A stretch of DNA of 64,000 bases from Callorhinchus milii (GCF_018977255.1 NW_024704742.1:56174001-56238000), one strand, 5' to 3'; numbered from the stretch's first letter, positions 13,321-25,965 are shown. The notes: generated by a model not told the origin, from the letters alone. Program-made: numbers and translations.

Positions 13321-13577
13321 TTGAAGGTAGGGAATTTGTTCAAGTTTGGGAATCTTATGAAAATATATTGGGATTTCAAAACAAAAAAGTGGCTAAAGGG
13401 GAATCTGACTGAAAGAGGTCATAATAAATGAGTGCATCGATATTTGTATTCAGTCAAATCAGAATAACAGACTAGATGAGATTGATTACAATCATGATGT
13501 GAGTAATGATATTTGACTTCGAGAAGTCAGTTTTGTCACTGTGAGACAATTGTTGGTGTTTTGTTTGTACCAGGGGA

Positions 13578-13885
13578 CATCGATTTCAAGATCCTAAGGC
13601 TTGTTTTCAAATCCCTTCGTGCACTGGCACCTCCCTACCTCTTTGTCCTGCTTACCCCCCAACCCACAATCCACTCGACTGGCTCTGGCCTTCTGCACAT
13701 CCCTCGTGCCCTCCTTTCCACCATTGGTGGCCGTGCTTTCAGCCTACTACTCCCTGAAACTCTGGAACACTCTCTCTCTATCCCTCAGCGTTGTCACTTT
13801 CTTCCCCATCTTCAGGTCTCGCTATCAAGCAGTCTGGGATGCTACCCTGCATGAAGGGTGCTATATGAAGGCAAGTTGTTGTTAT
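13578..13885 (+). mobile_element. L2 3' fragment
   Basis: IDFKILRLVFKSL...IGGRAFS; tail GGGATGCTACCCTGCATGAAGGGTGCTATAT. Confidence 0.85.
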
Positions 13886-13889
13886 TTAA

Positions 13890-14215
13890 GATAACTGGCA
13901 AAAGAACCAGAAGAGAAATGAGGCAATATTGTTTTACAAAGAATTGTCATGGTCTGGAATGCACTGCCTGAAATGGTGGAGAAAACAGATTCAATACCAA
14001 CTTTCAAAAGGGAATTGGATAGGTACTTTAAAAGGAAACAATTGCAAGGATATGGGGAAAGAGCCGGGGAGTAGGATTGATTGGGTAGCTCTTCCAAAGA
14101 GCCAGCACAGGCACAACGGACCAAATTGCCTCCTTCTGTGCTGTAATATTCTATAATTCTATGGCTCATAAAATGATAATATGATTATTATTATTATTAT
14201 GATTCTATGATTCTA
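13890..14215 (+). mobile_element. CR1 3' end
   Basis: WNALPEMVE...FKRELDRYL coding remnant, 3' UTR and TTCTATGA tail repeats. Confidence 0.85.
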
Positions 14216-14326
14216 TACTATATTGTTTGTGAGCCCAATCCAGGTGGTGCAATGTTTATTGCAGGAAAATCTGGACTACACATTAACACTGCCAAATTCA
14301 TCAATAACATTGACAATACCTGTAAT

Positions 14327-14890
14327 ACAACAGCAACAAAATTACATTTGTAAAGCGCCTTTCACGTCGGGAGAGCATCCCAAGGTGCTGAACAGTTGGG
14401 GATCAGGAACCGAGCGTGGGGGAGCAGGGTTGGGATGATGGAAGGCAGAGGTAGAAGGGCGGCTGAAAGCGCGGTCGAAAAGGAGGGTCTTTTGTTGTTC
14501 CTTGAAGGAGGCAAGAGAGGGAACAAGGTAAAGGGATTGTGGGATGGAGTTCCAAAGGGTGGGGGCAGAGAGGCTGAAAGCCCAGCTGCCGACGGTAGGA
14601 TGGGTTGGGTGGGAGACATGGAGCAGCCCAGCCTGCTGATTGGAGGGAGAGTACAGGTTGATAGGGGTTCAGCAGGTCAGAGAGGTAGGAGGGGGCAAGG
14701 CCATGGAGGGTCTTGAAAGTGAGGACGAGGATTTTGAATTCTATCCTCTGAGGGATGGGGAGCCAGTGGAGCCAGGAGAAGGTGGGGGTAATGGGGTCAC
14801 GGAGCCTGGTGCAGGAGAGGACATGAGCTGCAGAGTTCTAGATGATCTGGAGCTTGTGGAGGTAAGAGTTGGGGAGGCTGACAAGGAGAG
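14327..14890 (-). mobile_element. L2 3' fragment
   Basis: (CAA)n tail at left; minus-strand HKLQII, RLHWLP and RIEFKIL-type coding remnant. Confidence 0.85.
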
Positions 14891-14934
14891 AGATATACTT
14901 GCATCTATTCAGTTATTACGCTCTGAATCTATGG

Positions 14935-15122
14935 ATCTGCCTGCCTTTATCCCTCCATCTTGCTCCTCTTTGCCCATCTGCAGATCACATCTGAAGACTT
15001 TCCTCATCGACAATGCCTTCAGTTACCTCCCCTACCTTTCCAGCTCAGCGTCAAACCACACTGTTAAGCACTCCGAGACGCTACCCACGTGAAGGGTATT
15101 ATATAAGTTCAAGTTGTCATTG
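14935..15122 (+). mobile_element. L2 3' tail fragment
   Basis: HLKTFLIDNAF; tail GAGACGCTACCCACGTGAAGGG. Confidence 0.75.
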
Positions 15123-15231
15123 TGTTGATATCTACATTCCTGTAACTCTCAGACATTTAAGTAATTATTGCTGAAAGGTACCAGCTGAGCATCAGCTGCA
15201 TCTGTATATGGTGCCATGCAGCTAAAGGTAA

Positions 15232-15545
15232 CTCAGTCTGGTTCAGTTGGTAGCACACTTGCCTCTGGGTCAGAAGGTTGTGGGTCGAATTCTTTTGTTG
15301 GGATTTGATCTCATAGTCTTGGCTAACACTCCTGCGCAATTTTATGAGAACATTGCCGGAAGTGCCACCTTTTGGATGAAATCCTTTCTGTTTGTTTTCA
15401 AGAAATTAAAGATCCCATGATACAATTCAAAAGAGAAGGGAGTGTCTTCTAACCCGAACCCTATTGATCATTCACTTTATGGCTGTTTGTAGAATTCAGA
15501 TGCCATTAGAAAAACAGGTCACAACATTTGACAGTAATTACAACA
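15232..15545 (+). mobile_element. Old Deu-domain SINE
   Basis: GGTTCAGTTGGTAGCACACTTGCCTCTGGGTCAGAAGGTTGTGGG head; GGAAGTGCCACCTTTTGGATG and AAAGATCCCATG body. Confidence 0.7.
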
Positions 15546-17759
15546 ATACACTTTTTTTTCTTTGTTTCTTTATTTGTTTGTTTTTTCTTTCTGTGTCGTG
15601 TAACATAATTGCTTGTGCTTAGAACATCTCCAGCTTATTTTGAATTTAATAAACTTTTATTTTACAGATATAAAATCATTTTAATAGCCTCATATTCATC
15701 CACTTTGAAAGAAAATGATCAAAGCTAGCTAGTGTTTTCTTTGAAAATAATCACACTAATTGAATGATTCCACAAACCAGCACTTAATCCAAACAGCTTC
15801 TACTGAAATGCTAAAAGATTGATCAAAAAAGACTTTATTGCTCTCAGCAATGGAGAACTAAATCAAATTAGTCACTTTGCAAGCTCTGAAAAATGTTTTC
15901 TTTTCACTTCTTACAATGCGCAGACTATTCAAATTCCGAGTTCTTCAAAAAAGGTGACATGGATGAACCTGGTCGACATGAAACCTTAGAATGATTGCAA
16001 CACAGGACGTCTTTTGGGTCAATGCATTTGTGCTGGTTCACTGGAGAAATGTATTTTAACCCCATTAAACCTCTCTTGCGCTCTACCGTTTAATATGGTC
16101 AAAATAGGCATAGCTTAGAATTCTGATACATTCTCGCTGTCTGAATTGCAGATTTTGAGCTAAAAGAGAACTATCTTGCAGGTGATATTTTGTTTGTTGG
16201 TAAAAATACTGGGTAAAAATTCCATTCAACTTTAGACGTCCTCCCAACATGAAAGACATTATATAAATGAAAATTATATTGTATAATTATAAAGTATAAT
16301 TTAGCGATATGTGACTTTACTGGGAAATCCCAATGGTGCTGATCTTAGTCAAAGATATTAATGATGGGAAAGATCCTAATATATTTACAAGTGGAGAATC
16401 AAGGGGTCAGTATTCTGTGTGTTGCATTGCAGCTACCAACTTAATAATAATAAAATTTGCATTTGATATACAGTAGCACAGTGTTACGATATCAAGTTAT
16501 CTCAAGCACTTTCTAAATTTTTACTGTGAAGTGTAGCGACTCGTCATTACAGATGCTTAACTCTGTACTTCCAAGAAACTAATAAGCACATTGAGGGATT
16601 TTGTTCTTTGCGGGCATTTGATCAACTCATTTTATGATTGCATAGTCAAAATTCCTTTATTACTATTATTAAATTGGTAGCTGCAACGCAACAGATGGCC
16701 TACCACCTAATGATCAGAATTTCGCCCCTGGCATATTTGAACTGTGGTGCTCTAAAGCAAAATTAGCCATATCCCTTCACCTTAGTTCTTAACAAAAATA
16801 AGTCTTGAGGTGAGATGATGAAATTCCTCTGGTCACTCCTTCAGCATCTTTGAAGCAAAAATCTTTGGACATGTCCCCTTTAATAACTACTTAAACAGGC
16901 AGAAGGAACCTCTGTTTAACATCACTGAACTGTTTGCCTAAGCTGTTATCTTAAGTTCTGATGTAATATTTTGTACCCACCGCCTTCTAACTCAGAGTCA
17001 CCAACTGAGCGAAGCTGATTTGGAAATTGCAGGAAGGGTTATCATTGCCACTTCTCAAAAGGAATTGGTTGACAGAAAGGACACCTACTTGGAAATGTCT
17101 GGTTCAACGGACTTTCATGCTACAGCAAGGTTCACAGGGAGTTCACCAAGCTTCAAAGTGTACCCTTGTGTGATGCGGCTTTAGAAATACATAATGAATA
17201 ATGTATAGGAAAGATTTAAAACAGCAGTGGACGATAATAAGCAGACTTTGACAAATTCCTAAACTGGTTACGAGCAAAAAGCATAGAATCAATGAAAGTT
17301 CACAGCACAGCAGGAGGCCATTTTGGTCCATCTGTCTGTACTGGTGCTCGCTCCCCTACTATCTGGTCCAATTCTTTCTATATTCTTTTCCTGTACTTTT
17401 TAAAATCCAATTTCATCTCAATTCATATCTTCTGTTGTTTCGGCTGCACAGTTATACAAATGTAAACAATACTATTTTTTAAACGTAACATTCTGTGATT
17501 AGTGATATTGTATATTGTCCCATGAACATAATTATTAATCATTTCTCTAGGTCAATTGTTTCATGTCTGCCCATCGAACTTGGAATCATAAAGAATAATA
17601 CAACAAATAAACAGGTCATTTGGCCTATCTAGTCCACGTTGATGTTTACACTCCATGTAAGCCTTCCCCTCCTATTCCCCTTTCGTACCACCTTCACTCT
17701 GTAAGAAATTCTCTGTTACATAAGAAACGTAGGAATGAAAAAAGAACATTCAGTGTAGC

Positions 17760-17971
17760 AGAAACAAAACAGAAGTCACTGGGAACACTCAGCAGGTCAG
17801 GCAGCATCTGTGGAGAAAGAAAAGTGAGTCAACATTTCGGATCCACGACCCTTCGTTAGAACAGGCCCTTCCTCTTCACTTTCCTTTCTCGATAGATGCT
17901 GCCTGACCTGCTGAATGTTCCCAGTGACTTCTGTTTTCGTTTCAGATTTCCAGCATTTGCAGCATTTTGTG
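17760..17971. mobile_element. Penelope-type palindromic non-autonomous element with degenerate hammerhead motif
   Basis: About 67-bp inverted arms (17761-17827 and about 17876-17943); 11-bp direct repeat TTCAGTGTAGC at 17749-17759 and 17972-17982; minus-strand CTAACGA-AGGGTC-GTG-GATCC-GAAA in the spacer. Confidence 0.75.
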
Positions 17972-18692
17972 TTCAGTGTAGCTGGCCCATTCTATCCTCA
18001 ATCATTTCACAAGTACTTCATTGGTAGTCTTCCCTCTCATCCATAATCATTTGATATCCTACTGGAATATTTCTCTATATTCTTCAATTGAACTCCCCAA
18101 GGTAAGAGGTAAGAGTCCCAGAATATCTGTCTACCAAAATACACAGTTTACCCTGATCTGCCTTCCACTACTGTTAGTATGACAGACCATGATGTCTATG
18201 GAATACAGCATCAGCTTTCTCAACTAATATTTTTATAATTCCCAGTCCCTTTCCTAAAGGTTTATTATTATTCTATTTATATATAGTGACACAGTCAAGT
18301 TATCTGCGAAAAATATGATCCACTTCTTTATTGGCCTACTTGTAGAAATTTATAAAGACTAGAAGGACTTTAGATAATAGGCACGCATTTAAATATTTTG
18401 TTCTCTTACCATGACATTTCTTTTTTAAAAAAATGCAATATGTATCAGGCTGCTATGAAAATCAAGTGTATCCTCTATTTCACAGTGGAAACACTGAAGC
18501 GGATGCACTGAGGTGACAGCACAAAGAAATGCATTTTGGAGCTGCCAAATTACCTATTGTTTGCTTACAAAATAACTAGTCACAGCATTTTACAGTATAT
18601 CTTTTGAAGCACTTTGAGACCTTCTCCCAATGCGAAAGGCTCTATATCAAATGTAAGGATCATGATTACCAGTTGGCTACTATTGTTGTAAA

Positions 18693-19031
18693 TGTGGAGT
18701 CCTGTAGCGTACTGGTTAGAGCAGACACCTCTCAAGCGAGAGGACCTGGGTTCATTTCCCGAGCAGGGCGAAACCTTAGGCAAGTTTCCTTACTCCACAC
18801 GCCTCTGTTTACCTAGCAGTAAAATTAACTGGTTGTTAGTTGATTGGCGGATTGCTCTCCCGGGATAACAATCCCTTCAATTTTTAAAAAGAAATAATAA
18901 TTTGGTCACTCAATCCACGACTGTTTGTGGGACACTGCTGTGCGCTATTGGCTGCCATATTTCGCCAACAAAATATACAGTCATACCACTTTGAGACATC
19001 TCAACGATATGAAAAAGCTCTATATCAAATT
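18693..19031 (+). mobile_element. tRNA-derived SINE, long variant with extended CORE-like segment
   Basis: Same head and tail as the other copies plus about 59 extra bp at 18805-18863. Confidence 0.88.
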
Positions 19032-20591
19032 AAAGAATTATTATTATTATTAAATGAACTTAAACCACTTGTAGGTTGGCAATACCTTCTTATGAGCCTT
19101 TCAGAATGCTTATTGCAGATCAACTTATTATTTATTTGTAGATCGACAAATCAGCAACTGAAGTGTGTGCCCTTGCAATCAAGCCTATAATTTATCACTT
19201 ACACCTTTGTTCAGAAACACCTATTTTCAAAAAAGCCTATTTTTTTTTAAGCCATTCAGTGGAAAATTAAATATCTACTGTGGTTAATGGGCTTGTAGGT
19301 CCCTTGGAGTTTTCCTCACCAAGTTCCCGAATTATGTTTCAAACATCCTGCAAAGTTTGTTTCCATACACAAAATGTATGAATTGTTATATCCATCTTCA
19401 GAGAGAATAACAGGAATAGTTTGTAGTTAATTGTATATTTTTGGAATTTTCTTAGTTTACATTTTCTCAGCCCATTGTAAACAGCTGCTTGTGGCCTTTA
19501 GATAACCAGTCATTTTTAATTTTAAAGTTCCTCACATTCTGCAAATATCTTAATTTATATAATTTCTATTGTATTTGCCATCTGTAATATAATTGTACAC
19601 AAATTATATTGAAGAACTGATTGCTTTGGAGAAAGAGATATGTAGCACAGCCTTATCTGAAATGCCAGACATAAATTCTCCTTTTCCTATGGTTTACAAT
19701 TGCTCTATTAAAAATGTTACACCTTAAGCTAGGAGTAAAACAATTACAAAAGCAGACTTTATTTAACATTTAGTAAAAATAAAGCTTATGAATGGTATAG
19801 CATCAACAGGATGTGCTTCCTGAATTCTTATCTGTGGCTTCACTGAGAAGCACTTCTTTGTGAAAGCAAACTGCATGACTTTTTAGGGTGTGGTGTAGCT
19901 GGCCATAATCAAATCAGATTTGTATAACTTTCTTAAAGGCAAATGCACAGCCCACAAAATGTGCCATTAGTTGTAAATCAATTAGGTTTCACTGTCGGAG
20001 ATCAGTGTGATTCAGTCTTCGGGCACTTTGACATGAGGATGCCTTAGTCACATGACTTACAGGAACGTTAGGTGCTATGTTCATTCAGATGTTTATTCCA
20101 TTTGCTGTAAATAGTATATTTTTTCAGTTACTAATTCAGATCACTGCCCATTGCTGTTCAACAGTTTCTTTACTGGCTTCAATATTATGAGATATTAGAC
20201 CTTGTAAGGCAACTTTCATGAATGGATCTGTTTATCATCTATGTACCACATTACTGTTAAACTCAGAATTTGATCCGTTTGAAGCCTGAAATTCTACTGT
20301 ATATAAGTCTGTAAGACCAATCTTAAAAGTTAAGATCACATAGAATTGTTACATTTTTAAAACAGTCTGAATTTGGAAGCCACTTCTTTATAAGAACTGA
20401 GGAAAACTAGCTCCCAAATTAAGGCAATTTTAAGGCATTTCCACCATTCTGCCCAATGAAAATTTTGAGACAAAATCCCCTAACAGGATAAGAAAATGAA
20501 GATGGAATGGCAGACCACTGACTTCTTATGAGAAGAGATAGGTTTATAACAAATTGCACTTTGATTTAATATCTGATGATTACCCATAAAT

Positions 20592-20927
20592 TACGATTAT
20601 TATTAAATGGTAACTCCGGCCTGCTCCATGTCTCCTGCCTGACCTGCCCGACCATCGGTGGCCGGGCTTTCAGCCTCTCTGCCCCCACACTCTGGAACTC
20701 CATCCCATGGTCTCTTCGCCTCGCTTCCTCCCTTGCCTTCTTCAAGGCCGGTTTCAAGATCCTTCTCTTCGACTGTGCCTTTGGTCGCCCTCCCACCTCT
20801 CTGCCTTCCCTCACCCCTACACCCCCCCTCCCCCATGCTCGGGTCCCGACATCTGACTGTTCAGCACTTTTGGACGTCCTCCCGATATGAAAGGCGCTCT
20901 ATAAATGTAATTTTGTTGTTGTTGTTG
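20592..20927 (+). mobile_element. L2 3' fragment
   Basis: SGLLHV...IGGRAFSLSAPTLWNSIP; tail GGACGTCCTCCCGATATGAAAGGCGC...(TGT)n. Confidence 0.88.
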
Positions 20928-23644
20928 CAATTATTTTCTCACCTCACGCATTTCAAAGTCAGTTTAACTGAGATTTAAATAGCTGCATCATGACAAAAGC
21001 ATACATTTTAAATATGATGAAATGAACTATTTTATTCACCAGGCAGTTCTCCAGACTTTTATTTATACTTCCCTTTTCATGACCGGAGATTTAGTGATTC
21101 GCCAGTTCTACAATATGGATCATGTCTCCATAAATCTACAGTCCTAATTGTAAATGTATTGTAATTGTGATCATGTAATTATTTCCTTTGATATATGCTG
21201 TGTGTAAATTCCATTATTCATGCAGTCATTTGAGCGGGTACAAAAAGTAGTTAGGCTGAATGTATTTATGAATGTATTTACTTTGGAATTCAAGTCTTAC
21301 ATTTTGCTGATCATGTTGAAACACAAATCAATGCATTCTTGCGTACTTATTTATGCTATTTTTGTAAATGTCATTTCATGGAAATAAATTGAAATAATGG
21401 AGTGAGTTTAGCAGCACATTCAATATTTACCCCAATGAATGTGACATTTTTGTTCAATGTGATAAATATACCATTCTTGAGGAGGTGTTCATGAAGGCCT
21501 GCCACGGTATTGGACATCTGGCTCATTAAATATGGCTTTTGACAGCCAGTTAGTGGGGCACTAGCTTTTTATTAACAGAGCAATCAGCAAAACTGGGATC
21601 CCTCTAATGTCAGTCAAAAGCTATAATTTGTAAGGCAAAAATATAATAAAGTGGGGCCCGCATTTATGGACCTATCAGTCACATAATTGACATGGCCATC
21701 AGGGGTTTCACCTCTGGCACCTTCAATGTAATGAAGATCTAATGTGCTGCTGAAGTGACCCCAATGTAATATTTTATTGCTGAGAAATTCCTTTCTCGAA
21801 TTGGACATCACCTGTTCCCTTTCATTCCCATTTATTGTGTGGGATCTTCTGCAAATGAAGCAATGATTCTCATAAGTTTAGATTTGGTGATGGCTGTCAT
21901 GACATTTGGGTGGACAGGTTATTTAACTACCGTATTATTCTAACCAATGTCCCCTCATCCCACACTTGTATGATGCTTACCTTGGCAATTCGCTGCAGGT
22001 CATTGTATTTTTTCATGACCTCTACATAGGTTCTTACGATGACACTGGCAGCACTGATCCGGGATGTGATCTCCTCCCCTATTAGACACCTCTTTCTGTG
22101 CCCGGCTATGATACCAGAACTCTCAAGTATTTCCTTCTTGAAGTATAATACACTCTCAGTACCCTGCTGATGGATGAGCCATCATTTGTTGTACTCGCTA
22201 ATCCTCCAAGCAAGTTGGTAGTAATGTATATATGAATGAAAGCAGCATTGATAGCCACCAGACATGTTCAGGCAGTACATAACACCTCTCAGCGCCAAGA
22301 CGCTATCTGAAGGGTCCTATTTAAATACAACTTGTTATATTGACCCCCACATCAGAGTTTCAATCTGATAATGGCTTCTGATTTACTGTGGTGGAGCCAT
22401 CACATTTAACACCTTCTAGAACCTGAACACTAAAAAACAGAACACTCACCATTAATATGTTTGGTATAACTAAAAACACCCAGCACCATCCGTACCATTT
22501 TATAGAAGCTATGTTGATTAAATGAAATTTCGATCCTAAAGTGTTTACTATATATATTACAGCATGTGTCAATATGCAGTGACGTAGTAACCATTCATTG
22601 ATAATTATTACTTAAAAGTCCTCTCCTTTGATTTACTACCACAGAAAGTTATATTTTGCTACTGCAAAGAATTTGTCTTGCTGAGTTTAATAACAAACAT
22701 TGATTTCTGTCCCGTTACCTAGGTCATTCACTATTTGAGAGTTGAAACAGCTCAGTAGGGAATGTATAGATCAGCCAATAGTAATAGTCTCTTGGCATCT
22801 TCACTCGGCTCACACTGTATTTGAAATGACGGCTCTGACCTTTTGTGACTGAACATTCATTAGTGCTTCATTACATCTTGCCTTGTACTTATTGTGCATC
22901 TCAAAGGATATCAGTGGTTGTGCTCTGAATTTTGCATGAATAATATACATAGTTTTCTCTGCTTCTCTGGTCCGAGGAAGAGATCCATATGTAAAATATC
23001 GAGGAAGGTTTTAGCAATATAAAACCATAAAAATTCTTAAGTAGAACATTTTTAATAAAATACATGTTGCTAACAGAAAATATCAGTATGTGTAGTTTTC
23101 AATGATGATGTAATAACATTTTTGTTTCGAGCAAACTTTTAATCAGAAATATTTGCAAAAAGGCACACGACAAGCATTTGCACTGTTCAGAACAGAGAGC
23201 TGTTGCACCATAAATAACCCCAGCACTCAATTTGATAGATTTTTCAGTGTAAGATATTTCTGACTGTCAGAGCATATAAACTTTCCTGACAAATACATCA
23301 ACCATAGCTGTGCCAATTTAAACCATTTGCTTTTATGATTCTGCTAGCATAACCTGCCATTGCTTCATATATAAGTGGGTGAAAATGCAGCAGAACAGGA
23401 AAGTACAGGATTAGGACTTCAAAGCAATTTCAGGACAGACACCAGAAAGTATTTCTTTACCTGTAGAGTAATAAGTGATTAGAGTGGGTGCGAGGAAGAT
23501 TGGCTGAAGTCAGAAGCTGGATTCATTTATGAAACAGCTTGTTGCTGTAAGTGAAGGATATTAGGGTGAGCATTTGCCACTAATATCCCTATACAGTATA
23601 TCCTGCGAAGCACTTTTGGAGACATCTTACTGTCGCTCAGTGGT

Positions 23645-23951
23645 TGGAGTCCTGTAGCTCAGTGGTTAGAGCACTCGTTCGCAAGCGAGAGACCTGGGTT
23701 TGATTCCCGGCAGGGCAAAACCATGGGCAAGTTTCCTTACTCCACACGTGTGATAATAATCCCTCGATAAAAAAAAATTGGTCACTCAATCTACGACTGT
23801 TTGTGAGGCACTGCTGTACGCAATTGGCTGCCGCGTTTTGCCCACAAAATATACATTCAATTCACTGTACAGTATATTCTGTGAAGCGCTTTGAGACATC
23901 TAGAAGATGTGAAAAGCGCTATATTAAATGCAAGGATTATTATTATTATTA
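23645..23951 (+). mobile_element. tRNA-derived SINE, full length
   Basis: TGGAGTCCTGTAGCTCAGTGGTTAGAGC (A box) and GGGTTTGATTCCCGG (B box) through to a (TTA)n tail. Confidence 0.92.
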
Positions 23952-24254
23952 TCTTGACAATGCGATAAGGTATTACCCTGTATATCAAATGCAAGGATTA
24001 TTTTTTATTACATTCTGGAACACCGAAATCAAATGAACTGAAGAATCATCTCCATCAGTACCTCTTCTGTGAACTCTTGTGAAAGCATCATCAAGGACTG
24101 AGACAAATATATTAATAGTATCTTTTATGGTTTGGGCACAATGGAAGACAAGTGCATTGTAGTATTGGTATATTTTCATTGAAATCCTGCTCTGCAGAGA
24201 TCTCACAATCTATTGGCTAAATAGTGCTCTGCTGTGAACTAATTGCTTTTCACA

Positions 24255-24366
24255 TGAGGCGTGTGTAGTAAGGAAACATGCCTAAGGTTTCTCGCTGCCC
24301 GGGAATCGAACTTGGATCCTCTTGCTTGAGAGGTGAATGCTCTATCCATTATGCTACAAGACTCCA
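24255..24366 (-). mobile_element. Head of the tRNA-derived SINE
   Basis: Minus strand TGGAGTCTTGTAGCATAATGGATAGAGC...AGTTCGATTCCCGGG...GTTTCCTTAC. Confidence 0.75.
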
Positions 24367-24395
24367 AATACGCTATATGGCTCCAAATACGCTAC

Positions 24396-24397
<2 letters not shown>

Positions 24398-24429
<32 letters not shown>

Positions 24430-24692
24430 CCTTGCATTTAATATAGCGCTTTTCACGTCTTCGTGATGTCTCAAAGCGCTTCACAGAATATACTGTAAAG
24501 CGAATTGACTATATTTGTGGGCGAAACACGGCAGCCAATTGTGCATAGCAGTGATCCACAAACAGTCGTGGATTGATTGACAAAATTATTATTATTTTTT
24601 TCTTGAGGGATTATTATCAGACGTGTGGAGTAAGGAAACTTGCCCAAGGTTTTGCTCTGCCGGGAATCAAACCCAGGTCTCTCACTTGCAAA
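24398..24692 (-). mobile_element. tRNA-derived SINE, slightly 5'-truncated, long (AAT)n tail
   Basis: About 10 AAT units at 24398-24429, then the family body up to the anticodon arm. Confidence 0.9.
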
Positions 24693-25704
24693 ATGTATGC
24701 CAAAGGAGCAGGACAAGGGGTCAAAGCTTTAGGATTGTGAATTACAATTTTAGGATAAACAGCACAAAATATTTCTTTACATAGAGGGAAATTAACAGTT
24801 AGAACTATTAAACAGGCAGGGATGAGCACTGTACTCATTTATGAAACATCTTAATATTGTAATGAAGAACATATTCTGAAGAGATACCATGAAATGGGCC
24901 AAAGGTTCTTCTCTTTCTGAACCTCTCTTGTGATCATCTTTTGAACCTTTCAAGCTCCTATTACTTCATAATGGACTTTATTGTAATTATGTGTTCTCTA
25001 GTTTGTGTCAATGGTTCAATATTGTTTAGAGTTATAATCTGACATCTTCTGTCTAGAGAGTTGACACATTGTGAACTTTTGTCCTCCAGTCTTGGCAAAC
25101 AAACTATATTGCATTGTTTCCTGGCCTAAATGTAATTATGGACTAATGGTTACTGTATTCCTTTTCTTATTCCTTATTCCTTCAATCACTGGATGCATTT
25201 CTCGATTATCCCACAAAAGAGATGAGAGTTTGAGTGTTTCAGTGTTCTGAACAACAGTCCTCTAAATAAAAAAAAATTTCTTCATGGCTGTTTTGAGGAC
25301 ATTGTTTGTGTAAATAGGCTGTCCCTTCACCTACAGATACACAGTCACTGTATGTTCAAGTAAATCCTGTGAAGACGTTGAGACATCCTCCTCATGTGAA
25401 TGGCACTATATTAAATGCAAGGACTAATATTTATCATTTAAAAATGAATCAATTGAATGTTGGGAAAAAATTGCATGTCTCATTATAAACTTTAAGAACT
25501 GGACCTACCTATAAGTGAAACAAAGCAGCAGTCAGAAACCTTGCGGCAGAGAGAATATTCAGATTATCTAAGAGGATAGATCCATTTCTACCCATACATC
25601 AATATGAACAGTTGTTGAGCTGTCCAAAATAAAATATGCACTTTGAGAATGCCATTCCTTCCAAGAAAGACAACACAGCTGAATACAAAACAAGGACAAC
25701 CTGT

Positions 25705-25965
25705 AGGCGGTGAGAAGGCATTCAGAACAGAGGTAGAGGAAAGCATGAAGGGCGGAGATGTCAGAGATGAAGGTGAGGAAGGGTTTGGGGGGGGGACAAT
25801 AAATCAAGAGAATTTTGAGGAAAATGTTGAAGGGATGGTAGAGGGTAAGGTGCTCGAAGGAGTGGAATGAGCCGGAGGAGTAGGGAGGTCGAGCAAGTGA
25901 GCACCTGGAGATGAGGGCCACACCATCACTATGGCGGTTAGGACATGATGTATGGTGGAATTTAG
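25705..25965 (-). mobile_element. L2 APE endonuclease fragment
   Basis: HHTSCPNRHSDGVALISR...SFEHLTLYHP...KILLIYCPP, homologous to about 9680-9920. Confidence 0.8.
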
